From a virus (taxonomy: Duplodnaviria; Heunggongvirae; Uroviricota; Caudoviricetes): DNA of 38,416 bases. A model generated the notes under the pieces. It worked only from the letters and a program-made list of their open reading frames with translations. It was not told where the DNA came from and searched no databases. Within the stretch, counting starts at the first letter, position 1. Each line of letters opens with the position of its first letter. Below are positions 27,176-35,796 of the stretch, piece by piece. The position numbers were made by a program, and so were the translations under genes. The stretch is taken from IMG/VR virus record IMGVR_UViG_2609459840_000009. One strand, 5' to 3'.

Positions 27176-27678
27176 TATGCAGCTCTCACAATATAATTGA
27201 AGGCGATGTTACGTGGGCGGGTTTCATTTCCCCCTGAAAACTCCGTTCTGTATTGACTGTTAAACCTCCCGTTAATCGCACCTTCCTGCACGGCGTTATC
27301 TGTCGACAACAGACTGTCGCCCTGTCTGTCATTTGGTTCCAGTACTGTATTATTCCACGCGTCCCATGATCGGATATAGTGACAATGACTCCCTGTCAAC
27401 CATTCCTGTGCGCTTAAGATGGCTCGACCTGTATCCACACCGCGCCCGTCATCCCAGCCACGAATAAATTCACCGCGTAAATCAGGTAATTTTCCGCTCG
27501 GGTAAGCCTTTGCCAGTTCCGGGTATTCTTCAGCAGAAAAAGCCGCACCGTTGCATTTCAGCCAGCCTGTCGGAGGTGTGACAGAAGGCCAGGGAACAGG
27601 GACACCAACGGGTAATGCTGAGCCTTCTCCCAAACCAACGTTTAAGAAAATGCAGAGGTAACAGCTAACTGGCATCAT
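27175..27678 (-). CDS. alternative tail-fibre C-terminal segment (H variable part'), predicted to be expressed only after inversion fuses it to the constant part of H
   Basis: Open frame on the minus strand with no convincing independent start. Its N-terminal GLGE codons coincide with the crossover site and mirror the GLGE at the H crossover site. Confidence 0.65.
   Translation of the reverse strand: MMPVSCYLCIFLNVGLGEGSALPVGVPVPWPSVTPPTGWLKCNGAAFSAEEYPELAKAYPSGKLPDLRGEFIRGWDDGRGVDTGRAILSAQEWLTGSHCHYIRSWDAWNNTVLEPNDRQGDSLLSTDNAVQEGAINGRFNSQYRTEFSGGNETRPRNIAFNYIVRAA
27625..27650. other. 26-bp serine-invertase crossover site, right site (inverted relative to 25701-25726)
   Basis: TTCTCCCAAACC-AA-CGTTTAAGAAAA; its reverse complement ends in TTGGTTTGGGAGAA, identical to the right half of the left site. 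Confidence 0.7.
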
Positions 27679-27705
27679 CTCCGGTTTTTATTCAGGGGGA
27701 TGATC

Positions 27706-28272
27706 ATGCTTATTGGCTATGTACGTGTGTCAACAAATGACCAGAACACCGATTTGCAACGTAATGCACTGAACTGCGCGGGATGTGAGCGAATTTTTGA
27801 GGACAAAATCAGTGGCACTAAGTCCGACAGACCGGGACTGAAAAAACTACTCAGGACACTATCGGCAGGAGACACGCTGGTTGTCTGGAAGCTGGACAGG
27901 TTGGGACGCAGTATGCGGCATCTTGTTACGCTGATAGAAGAGTTGCGCCAGCGTGGCGTGAATTTCCGAAGCCTGACTGACAGTATTGATACCAGTACCC
28001 CAATGGGCCGTTTCTTTTTTCATGTCATGGGTGCCCTGGCTGAAATGGAACGCGAACTGATAGTTGAACGTACCAGGGCGGGGATTGCTGCAGCTCGCGA
28101 CAAAGGCAGAGTAGGTGGACGTCGTCCTAAGTTGACCACCGAACAGTGGGCACAGATTGGACGTTTACTCGAGGCCGGAGAATCAAGACAGCGTATTGCA
28201 CTGATTTTTGATGTGGGCGTTTCTACCATTTATAGAAAATTTCCGGCAAATAAGAGCAGTGAATCCCCCTGA
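27706..28272 (+). CDS. serine recombinase, DNA invertase (Gin/Hin/Cin/Pin family)
   Basis: 188 aa from ATG 27706 (alternative ATG at 27700). N-terminal catalytic motif GYVRVSTNDQ with the active-site serine; C-terminal HTH (GVSTIYRKF). Confidence 0.9.
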   Translation: MLIGYVRVSTNDQNTDLQRNALNCAGCERIFEDKISGTKSDRPGLKKLLRTLSAGDTLVVWKLDRLGRSMRHLVTLIEELRQRGVNFRSLTDSIDTSTPMGRFFFHVMGALAEMERELIVERTRAGIAAARDKGRVGGRRPKLTTEQWAQIGRLLEAGESRQRIALIFDVGVSTIYRKFPANKSSESP

Positions 28273-28320
28273 ATCAGCATAATTTTGATTATCCCTGCAA
28301 GTAGACAAATACCGTCATTT

Positions 28321-28338
28321 TGTGTGAATAACGGCACA
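28321..28338. promoter_or_regulatory. Ogr-type late-promoter activator site (TGT-N12-ACA dyad) upstream of FI
   Basis: TGTGTGAATAACGGCACA has TGT-N12-ACA, centred about 85 bp upstream of the FI start codon. Confidence 0.45.
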
Positions 28339-28414
28339 ACGACACTTAGCTGTTTGTCGGGCACAATCACTTCAACATAGGGCGAAGCCTAATCCAATCA
28401 GGAGGTTCGCCGCT

Positions 28415-29587
28415 ATGGCTCAGGATTACCACCACGGGGTGCGCGTTGTTGAAGTCAACGAAGGCACCCGATCCATTACCACGGTGAGCACCGCCATCGT
28501 GGGTATGGTCTGCACGGGCGATGATGCCGATGCAAAAATGTTTCCTCTTAATAAACCCGTGCTGATCACTGATGTGCTGACTGCCAGCGGTAAAGCGGGT
28601 GAGTCCGGTACTCTGGCCCGTTCGCTGGATGCCATCGCTGATCAGGCAAAACCCGTGACCGTTGTTGTGCGTGTGCCGCAGGGTGAAACGGAAGACGAAA
28701 CCACGACCAATATCATCGGCGCTGTGACTGCTGAAGGTAAAAAAACAGGCATGAAAGCCCTGCTATCTGCCCAGTCACAGCTCGGCGTTAAACCGCGCAT
28801 TCTCGGCGTGCCAGGTCACGATAACAAAGCCGTTGCGACTGAGTTGCTGAGCGTGGCGCAAAGCCTGCGTGGGTTTGCTTACCTGTCAGCGTATGGCTGC
28901 AAGACGGTACAGGAGGCGATCACTTATCGTGAAAACTTCAGCCAGCGCGAAGGAATGCTGATCTGGCCCGACTTTACTGGCTGGGACACGGTGCTGAATG
29001 CCGAAGCAACGGCATATGCCACCGCCCGTGCGCTTGGTCTGCGTGCCAAAATTGATGAGCAGACCGGGTGGCACAAAAGCCTGTCCAACGTGGGCGTGAA
29101 CGGTGTCACCGGAATTTCTGCAGATGTGTTCTGGGATCTGCAGGACCCGGCAACCGATGCAGGTCTGCTGAACCAGAACGACGTCACCACGCTTGTGCGC
29201 AAGGACGGTTTCCGCTTCTGGGGTTCCCGCTGCCTGAGTGATGACCCGCTCTTTGCCTTCGAAAACTACACCCGCACGGCGCAGGTGCTGATGGACACGA
29301 TGGCAGAAGCACACATGTGGGCGGTGGATAAACCGCTTAACCCGTCGCTGGCCCGCGACATTATCGAAGGTATCCGCGCCAAAATGCGCAGCCTGGTCAG
29401 TCAGGGCTATCTCATTGGTGGTGATTGCTGGCTGGATGAGTCGGTGAACGACAAAGACACGCTGAAAGCCGGAAAACTCACTATCGACTATGACTACACG
29501 CCAGTGCCGCCACTTGAAAATCTGATGCTGCGCCAGCGCATCACCGATCAGTACCTGGTGAATTTCGCCAGCCAGGTCAGCGCGTAA
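28415..29587 (+). CDS. FI: tail sheath protein (P2 gpFI family)
   Basis: 390 aa with ATG 28415 and GGAGG RBS. Confidence 0.93.
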   Translation: MAQDYHHGVRVVEVNEGTRSITTVSTAIVGMVCTGDDADAKMFPLNKPVLITDVLTASGKAGESGTLARSLDAIADQAKPVTVVVRVPQGETEDETTTNIIGAVTAEGKKTGMKALLSAQSQLGVKPRILGVPGHDNKAVATELLSVAQSLRGFAYLSAYGCKTVQEAITYRENFSQREGMLIWPDFTGWDTVLNAEATAYATARALGLRAKIDEQTGWHKSLSNVGVNGVTGISADVFWDLQDPATDAGLLNQNDVTTLVRKDGFRFWGSRCLSDDPLFAFENYTRTAQVLMDTMAEAHMWAVDKPLNPSLARDIIEGIRAKMRSLVSQGYLIGGDCWLDESVNDKDTLKAGKLTIDYDYTPVPPLENLMLRQRITDQYLVNFASQVSA

Positions 29588-29596
29588 GGGGACAAC

Positions 29597-30112
29597 ATGG
29601 CTTTACCACGCAAATTAAAACATCTGAACCTGTTTAACGACGGGAACAACTGGCAGGGGATCGTAGAGTCGCTGACGCTGCCGAAATTCACCCGCAAATA
29701 TGAGAAGTATCGCGGCGGCGGAATGCCTGGTGCAGTGGATGTGGATCTGGGGCTTGATGACAGTGCGCTGGACACAGAATTTTCCATTGGTGGTACTGAA
29801 CTGCTGCTGTTTAAGCAGATGGGCAAAGCCACGGTGGATGGCATCCAGTTGCGCTTTACCGGCTCTATCCAGCGTGACGATACCGGAGAAGTGCAGGCCG
29901 TGGAGCTTGTGGTGCGTGGACGTCACAAAGAAGTGGATTCCGGCGAGTGGAAGACGGGCGAAAGCAACACCACCAAAGTGACCAGTACCAACAGCTACGC
30001 GAAGCTGACCATCAATGGTGAGGTGCTCTATGAAGTGGACCTTATCAATATGGTGGAAATTGTGGACGGTATGGACCTGATGGAAGCGCACCGCAACGCC
30101 CTCGGCCTCTGA
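29597..30112 (+). CDS. FII: tail tube protein (P2 gpFII family)
   Basis: 171 aa immediately after the sheath gene. Confidence 0.92.
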   Translation: MALPRKLKHLNLFNDGNNWQGIVESLTLPKFTRKYEKYRGGGMPGAVDVDLGLDDSALDTEFSIGGTELLLFKQMGKATVDGIQLRFTGSIQRDDTGEVQAVELVVRGRHKEVDSGEWKTGESNTTKVTSTNSYAKLTINGEVLYEVDLINMVEIVDGMDLMEAHRNALGL

Positions 30113-30166
30113 TGTATCTGAACGGCGCGGAATGCCGCGCCAGAACCCAATTTACAGGACAACAAA

Positions 30167-30469
30167 ATGAGCGATAAGCAGACTGAAAAGACTATTCAAC
30201 TGGATACTCCCATCAAGCGCGGTAAAACAGAAATTACCGAAATTGTGCTGCGTAAACCTCAGTCTGGTGCGCTGCGCGGCACACGCCTGCAGGCCATTAT
30301 GGATATGGATGTGAACGCGATGATGACCGTGATCCCCCGCATCTCCAGTCCGGCACTGACTGCACAGGAAATTGCAGAGATGGACCCGGCAGATCTCACT
30401 GCCATGTCGGTTGAGGTTGTCACTTTTTTGTTGAAGAAGTCGGTGCTTGCCGGTTTACCGACAGCCTGA
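30167..30469 (+). CDS. E: tail assembly chaperone (P2 gpE family)
   Basis: 100 aa ORF between the tube and tape-measure genes; contains a T-TTT-TTG slippery heptamer near its 3' end. Confidence 0.85.
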   Translation: MSDKQTEKTIQLDTPIKRGKTEITEIVLRKPQSGALRGTRLQAIMDMDVNAMMTVIPRISSPALTAQEIAEMDPADLTAMSVEVVTFLLKKSVLAGLPTA

Positions 30470-30603
30470 CGGTTGACGATCTGGTGGCTGATATCGCCAC
30501 CATCTTTCACTGGCCGCCATCCGTTACTGACGTTATGCCGCTGACCGAAGTGCTGGAATGGCGGTATAAAGCGATTCAGAGAAGCGGGGCCAACGATGAG
30601 TGA
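30167..30603 (+). CDS. tail assembly chaperone frameshift product (gpE+E'), made by programmed -1 ribosomal frameshift
   Basis: Slippery heptamer TTTTTTG at 30424-30430 sits in the X-XXY-YYZ register of the E frame. The -1 frame is open from 30430 to TGA at 30601-30603, overlapping the T start; I translated it manually and found no stop. Confidence 0.6.
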
Positions 30604-33600
30604 TAATAACCTGCGCCTGCAGGTCATTCTTAATGCGGTTGACAAACTCACCCGCCCATTCCGTGCTGCACAGGCCAGTTCGAAAGAGCTGGCTGGCGCA
30701 ATTCAGAATACCAGAAACAGCCTCAAAGAACTGAATAAGCAGGCTGGCAGAATTGATGAGTTTCGCAAGACGCGCTCGCAACTAGCCATAACAGCCAACA
30801 ACCTGAACGCAGCCCGCGAAGAGGCGGCAAAACTCGCCACACAATTTGCTGCCACTAACAGGCCAACCGCCGCGCAGGCAAAGTTATTCAGTCAGGCCAA
30901 AACACGAGTACAGGAACTTCAGCAGACCTATAACGGCTTGTTGGGGGCGGTCCAGAGACAACGTCAGGCCCTTAAAGAATCAGGGATTGATACCAGGCAA
31001 CTCAGTAGTGCCCAGCGAGAACTTAAGAAAAATGCTGAAGAAACAAGGCAGGCACTGGAGGGCCAGCAAAAAGCACTTAAACGTCTGGGTGAACAACAGG
31101 CACGGATGAACGCTGCCAGAGAACAATACTCAAGACGGCTTGAAGTGCGCGATCGTATCGCAGGAGCCGGAGCCACCACCACGGCTGCAGGGCTGGTAAT
31201 GGGCGCACCAGTGATGGCGGCAGTAAAAAGCTATACCAGCATGGAAGATGCCATGAAAGGTGTGGCAAAGCAGGTCAATGGTCTGCGTGACGATAATGGC
31301 AACCGCACTGCGCGTTTTTATGAAATGCAGGATGCCATCAAGGCTGCCAGCGAACAGTTGCCGATGGAAAACGGTGCTGTGGACTTCGCCGCACTGGTTG
31401 AAGGTGGGGCGCGCATGAACGTCGCAAACCCTGACGACAGCTGGGAAGACCAGAAACGTGACCTGCTGGCCTTCGCCAGCACGGCGGCAAAGGCGGCAAC
31501 AGCCTTTGAGCTGCCAGCGGATGAACTGTCAGAAAGTCTGGGGAAAATCGCCCAGCTCTACAAAATCCCTACCCGCAATATTGAACAGCTCGGTGATGCG
31601 CTGAACTATCTGGATGATAACGCCATGTCGAAAGGGGCAGACATCATTGATGTCATGCAACGCCTGGGCGGTGTGGCTGATCGTCTGGATTACCGTAAAG
31701 CGGCGGCGCTGGGTTCCACCTTCCTGACACTGGGCGCTGCGCCGGAGGTTGCAGCCAGTGCAGCAAACGCGATGGTGCGTGAATTGTCCATTGCCACCAT
31801 GCAAAGCAAGAGTTTCTTTGAAGGGATGAATCTGCTGAAACTCAATCCTGAATTGATTGAAAAGCAGATGACGAAGGATGCGATGGGAACCATCCAGCGC
31901 GTGCTGGAGAAGGTGAATGCTCTGCCGCAGGATAAGCGCCTGTCTGCCATGACCATGTTGTTTGGTAAAGAGTTTGGCGATGACGCAGCGAAACTGGCAA
32001 ACAACCTGCCGGAACTGCAGCGCCAGTTAAAGCTGACAGCGGGCAATGATGCGCTCGGCTCCATGCAGAAAGAATCCGACATTAACAAGGACTCACTTTC
32101 TGCGCAGTGGTTGCTGGTCAAAACCGGAGCGCAGAACACCTTCAGCAGCCTGGGCGAAACGCTGCGCCAGCCGCTGATGGATATTCTGTACATGGTGAAA
32201 AGCGTCACGGGAGCGTCGCGCCGCTGGGTGGAAGCTAACCCGGAACTGACAGGCACACTGATGAAAGTAGCGGCTGTTGTGGCTGCGGTTACCGTAGGCC
32301 TCGGCACCTTAGCGGTGGCGCTGGCTGCAGTGCTGGGGCCGCTGGCAGTGATCCGTCTGGGATTCTCTGTGCTGGGTATCAAAACGTTACCTTCCGTTAC
32401 GGCAGCAGTAACTCGAACCAGCAGCGCGTTGTCCTGGCTGGCTGGCGCACCACTGGCACTGCTGCGACGCGGGCTTGCTTCATCGGGCAACGCAGCGGGT
32501 TTACTTACTGCGCCGTTGTCGTCTTTGCGTCGCACGGCATCACTGACGGGGAATGTCCTGAAAACTGTAGCAGGTGCGCCGGTTGCACTATTGCGGTCTG
32601 GATTATCCGGTTTACGTGCTGTTGCTGTGATGTTTATGAATCCTCTGGCAGCACTACGCGGCGGGCTGACTGCCACAGGCGCGGTGCTTCGTGTGCTGGC
32701 ATCCGGTCCGCTGGCGATGCTGCGCGTGGCCCTGTATGCCATATCTGGTCTGTTAGGTGCTCTGCTCAGTCCGATAGGTCTTGTGGTTACTGCACTGGCA
32801 GGCGTGGCGCTGGTTGTCTGGAAATACTGGCAACCCATCACCGCATTTCTCGGTGGCGTGGTGGAAGGATTCAAAGCAGCGGCTGGTCCCATCAGTGCCG
32901 CATTCGAACCACTTAAGCCTGTGTTCCAGTGGATTGGAGACAAAGTGCAGGCGCTGTGGGGCTGGTTTACTGACCTGCTGATGCCTGTTAAGTCGACCTC
33001 TGCCGAACTGCAGAGTGCAGCGGCAATGGGGCGACGATTCGGGGAGGCTCTGGCGGAGGGGCTGAATATGGTCATGCATCCGCTGGACTCCCTGAAATCC
33101 GGTGTTTCCTGGTTGCTGGATAAACTCGGCATTGTCAGTAAAGAAGCTGCAAAGGCGAAACTGCCGGAAAGCGTGACGCGTCAGCAACCTGCGACGGTGA
33201 ATGCAGACGGTAAAGTGATGATGCCATCGGGTGGTTTTCCATCATGGGGATATGGCTTTGCGGGGATGTATGACAGCGGCGGCTATATCCCGCGCGGGCA
33301 GTTCGGCATTGTCGGTGAAAACGGGCCTGAAATTGTTAACGGTCCGGCAAACGTGACCAGCCGGAGAAATACAGCTGCACTGGCTGCGGTTGTTGTCGGA
33401 ATGATGGGTGTTGCTGCCGCACCAGCAGAGCTTCCACCGTTGCACCCTTTGGCACTTCCCGCGAAAGGCGGCGAAGCGATGGTGAGTCGCGCAGCTGCTG
33501 TGCCGCCCGTTCACCGGATTGAGGCACCGACGCAGATCATCATCCAGACGCAGCCAGGACAAAGTGCGCAGGATATTGCGCGGGAGGTGGCACGCCAGCT

Positions 33601-33673
33601 TGATGAACGTGAACGCAGACTGAAGGCAAAGGCCAGGAGTAACTACAGCGATCAGGGGGGATACGACGCATGA
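30596..33673 (+). CDS. T: tail tape measure protein (P2 gpT family)
   Basis: 1025 aa; coiled-coil-rich N-terminus and Gly/Ala-rich hydrophobic central repeats typical of tape measure proteins; correct position. Confidence 0.9.
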   Translation: MSDNNLRLQVILNAVDKLTRPFRAAQASSKELAGAIQNTRNSLKELNKQAGRIDEFRKTRSQLAITANNLNAAREEAAKLATQFAATNRPTAAQAKLFSQAKTRVQELQQTYNGLLGAVQRQRQALKESGIDTRQLSSAQRELKKNAEETRQALEGQQKALKRLGEQQARMNAAREQYSRRLEVRDRIAGAGATTTAAGLVMGAPVMAAVKSYTSMEDAMKGVAKQVNGLRDDNGNRTARFYEMQDAIKAASEQLPMENGAVDFAALVEGGARMNVANPDDSWEDQKRDLLAFASTAAKAATAFELPADELSESLGKIAQLYKIPTRNIEQLGDALNYLDDNAMSKGADIIDVMQRLGGVADRLDYRKAAALGSTFLTLGAAPEVAASAANAMVRELSIATMQSKSFFEGMNLLKLNPELIEKQMTKDAMGTIQRVLEKVNALPQDKRLSAMTMLFGKEFGDDAAKLANNLPELQRQLKLTAGNDALGSMQKESDINKDSLSAQWLLVKTGAQNTFSSLGETLRQPLMDILYMVKSVTGASRRWVEANPELTGTLMKVAAVVAAVTVGLGTLAVALAAVLGPLAVIRLGFSVLGIKTLPSVTAAVTRTSSALSWLAGAPLALLRRGLASSGNAAGLLTAPLSSLRRTASLTGNVLKTVAGAPVALLRSGLSGLRAVAVMFMNPLAALRGGLTATGAVLRVLASGPLAMLRVALYAISGLLGALLSPIGLVVTALAGVALVVWKYWQPITAFLGGVVEGFKAAAGPISAAFEPLKPVFQWIGDKVQALWGWFTDLLMPVKSTSAELQSAAAMGRRFGEALAEGLNMVMHPLDSLKSGVSWLLDKLGIVSKEAAKAKLPESVTRQQPATVNADGKVMMPSGGFPSWGYGFAGMYDSGGYIPRGQFGIVGENGPEIVNGPANVTSRRNTAALAAVVVGMMGVAAAPAELPPLHPLALPAKGGEAMVSRAAAVPPVHRIEAPTQIIIQTQPGQSAQDIAREVARQLDERERRLKAKARSNYSDQGGYDA

Positions 33674-34155
33674 TGATGGTGCTGGGATTGTACGTGTTTA
33701 TGCTGCGCACCGTACCGTATCAGGAGCTGCAGTATCAACGCAGCTGGCGATATGCGGCAAACAGTCGGGTAAATCGTCGTCCGTCCACGCAGTTTCTGGG
33801 ACCGGACAACGACATGCTGACGCTTTCTGGTGTTCTTATGCCGGAGATAACAGGCGGCAGGCTGTCGTTGCTGGCACTGGAGCAGATGGCAGAACAGGGG
33901 AAAGCATGGCCCCTGATTGAAGGCAGCGGCACGATTTATGGCATGTATGTGATTGAGGGACTGAATCAGACTAAAACGGAGTTTTTCCGCGATGGTATGC
34001 CGCGCCGGATTGAGTTCACCCTGTCGCTCAAACGGGTGGATGAATCCCTGTCCGATATGTTCGGTGATCTCAGTGCGCAGCTGAATAATCTGCAGGACAC
34101 GGCAACGTCTGCATTAAGCGATATCAGTAAAACGGTGGGAGGGCTGCTGTCGTGA
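33670..34155 (+). CDS. U: tail protein (P2 gpU family)
   Basis: 161 aa; ATG overlaps the T stop. Confidence 0.88.
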   Translation: MMMVLGLYVFMLRTVPYQELQYQRSWRYAANSRVNRRPSTQFLGPDNDMLTLSGVLMPEITGGRLSLLALEQMAEQGKAWPLIEGSGTIYGMYVIEGLNQTKTEFFRDGMPRRIEFTLSLKRVDESLSDMFGDLSAQLNNLQDTATSALSDISKTVGGLLS

Positions 34156-35252
34156 ATTTCAGCTCTGAACTGCTTAACAAAGGCAACAAAACTCCGGCAT
34201 TCAGCATCAGTATTGAAGGCAAGGATATCACCACAGTGCTGGACAACCGCCTGATGAGTCTGACGCTGACGGATAACCGGGGCTTTGAAGCAGACCAGCT
34301 TGATCTGGAACTGGACGACGCCGATGGAAAAATCGTGCTGCCGCGTCGTGGTGCGGTTATTACGCTGGCGCTGGGCTGGAAGGGGCAGCCGCTTTTCCCG
34401 AAAGGGGCATTCACGGTGGACGAGATTGAACACACTGGCGCACCGGATCGCCTGACTATCCGGGCGCGAAGTGCTGATTTTCGTGAAACGCTGAATACCC
34501 GCCGTGAAAAGTCGTGGCACAAGACCACCGTTGGGGAAGTGGTGAAGGAAATAGCTGCGCGGCACAAACTGAAGATGGCATTGGGTAAAGACCTGTCAGA
34601 TAAACCCGTGGAACATATAGACCAGACCAATGAGAGTGACGGCAGTTTTCTGATGCGGTTGGCGCGCCAGTACGGTGCTATTGCGTCGGTGAAAAATGGC
34701 AATCTGTTATTCATCCGACAGGGACAGGGTAAAAGCGCCAGCGGTAAACCACTACCGGTGATCACTATCACACGTAAGGACGGCGACAGTCACCGCTTTA
34801 CCCTGGCAGATCGCGGAGCTTACACGGGGGTAATTGCCAGCTGGTTGCATACCCGCGAACCCGCGAAGAAAGAAAGCACTACGGTGAAGCGTAAGCGCAG
34901 GACTAAGAAGCAGAAGAAAGAGCCGGAAGCGAAGCAGGGCGATTACCTGGTGGGGACGGATGAAAACGTGCTGGTACTTAATCGCACTTATGCCAACCGG
35001 AGCAACGCTGAACGGGCAGCGAAAATGCAGTGGGAACGCCTGCAACGTGGCGTTGCGTCATTCTCGCTACAACTGGCGGAAGGGCGGGCAGATCTCTACA
35101 CGGAAATGCCAGTGAAAGTCAGTGGCTTTAAACAGCCGATAGATGATGCGGAATGGACCATTACGACTCTGACGCATACCGTAAGCCCGGATAATGGTTT
35201 TACGACCAGTCTGGAGCTTGAAGTGAGGATTGATGATTTCGAAATGGAATGA
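34152..35252 (+). CDS. D: tail protein / late control D (P2 gpD family)
   Basis: 366 aa with GTG start overlapping the U stop; last structural gene before ogr. Confidence 0.9.
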   Translation: MNFSSELLNKGNKTPAFSISIEGKDITTVLDNRLMSLTLTDNRGFEADQLDLELDDADGKIVLPRRGAVITLALGWKGQPLFPKGAFTVDEIEHTGAPDRLTIRARSADFRETLNTRREKSWHKTTVGEVVKEIAARHKLKMALGKDLSDKPVEHIDQTNESDGSFLMRLARQYGAIASVKNGNLLFIRQGQGKSASGKPLPVITITRKDGDSHRFTLADRGAYTGVIASWLHTREPAKKESTTVKRKRRTKKQKKEPEAKQGDYLVGTDENVLVLNRTYANRSNAERAAKMQWERLQRGVASFSLQLAEGRADLYTEMPVKVSGFKQPIDDAEWTITTLTHTVSPDNGFTTSLELEVRIDDFEME

Positions 35253-35342
35253 TTCTTCGCAATGGAGAACTTTTAAGTTTGCAAAATGGAATAATGCGGT
35301 ATCATTATTGTGAATTTAGCAAAAATGGGGAGAACTCGAAAA

Positions 35343-35561
35343 ATGATGATTTGCCCACTGTGTGGAAGTGCCGCCCATACTCGCAGCAGTTTTCAGGTAT
35401 CTTCATTGACCAAAGAGCGTTACAACCAGTGCCAGAACATTAACTGCAGCCATACTTTTGTTACCCATGAAACTTTTGTTCGTTCGATTGCAACGCCAAA
35501 AGAGTCAAATCCGGTTCAGCCGCATCCAATGAAATCAGGACAGGTGGCGCTCTCTCTTTGA
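35343..35561 (+). CDS. ogr: Ogr/Delta-family zinc-finger late-gene transcription activator
   Basis: 72 aa from ATG 35343 with GGGGAGAA RBS (the ORF track starts at an upstream GTG). CPLCG...CQNINCSHTF zinc-finger resembles P2 Ogr; last phage gene at the right prophage end. Confidence 0.88.
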   Translation: MMICPLCGSAAHTRSSFQVSSLTKERYNQCQNINCSHTFVTHETFVRSIATPKESNPVQPHPMKSGQVALSL

Positions 35562-35641
35562 CGCTGCCGCCATTTTGTCGCCATCGTTAAAAAACAGTGC
35601 TTCTAACATCATGATTTTAAACAGCTTAAATTTCAGGCAAC

Positions 35642-35720
35642 AAAAAACCCATCAACCTTGAACCGAAATGGCGGGGGTGATGGGCTCCACAAAATGGGGA
35701 CATCAAAGAAAAGCAGTGGC
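35642..35720 (-). ncRNA. rybB: RybB small regulatory RNA (sigma-E-dependent, Hfq-binding)
   Basis: The minus strand reads GCCACTGCTTTTCTTTGATGTCCCCATTTTGTGGAGCCCATCACCCCCGCCATTTCGGTTCAAGGTTGATGGGTTTTTT, matching my recollection of E. coli RybB apart from about one base. It ends in a terminator hairpin plus U-run and sits next to ybjL as in E. coli K-12. A GAACTT ... TCTTA sigma-E-like promoter lies just upstream at about 35721-35765. Confidence 0.8.
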
Positions 35721-35796
35721 ACTAATTAAGACTGATGCCCTGCGGAAAAGTTCTGCGGTTGTGCAAAAAAATTTCATTTTCAGGGCAACTTCAGTT

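Larger units (their letters stand above)
25701..27650. other. invertible tail-fibre host-range segment (variable H C-terminus, G, alternative G', alternative H C-terminus)
   Basis: Bounded by inverted 26-bp crossover sites; contains two convergent tail-fibre-assembly genes and a start-less alternative fibre C-terminal ORF; a serine invertase gene lies immediately adjacent. Confidence 0.65.
1..35641. mobile_element. P2/186-family temperate prophage; left end truncated by the window edge at the integrase stop, right end approximate near the rybB 3' end
   Basis: Complete syntenic set of P2-like genes (int, cI, A, Q, P, O, N, M, L, X, lysis genes, R, S, V, W, J, I, H, G, FI, FII, E, T, U, D, ogr) followed by recognisable E. 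coli core genes. Boundary inferred from gene content, not from an att repeat. Confidence 0.9.

Noticed and set aside
31690-33132. 480 aa minus-strand ORF inside the tape measure gene
   Set aside because: Lies entirely antisense within the T coding region; the translation is low-complexity (Ala/Ser/Pro/Arg-rich), typical of spurious antisense ORFs in GC-rich repeats, and T is well supported.
35249-35443. 64 aa ORF overlapping the D stop and ogr start
   Set aside because: Out of frame with ogr, which has a clear RBS and the conserved zinc-finger; no independent support.
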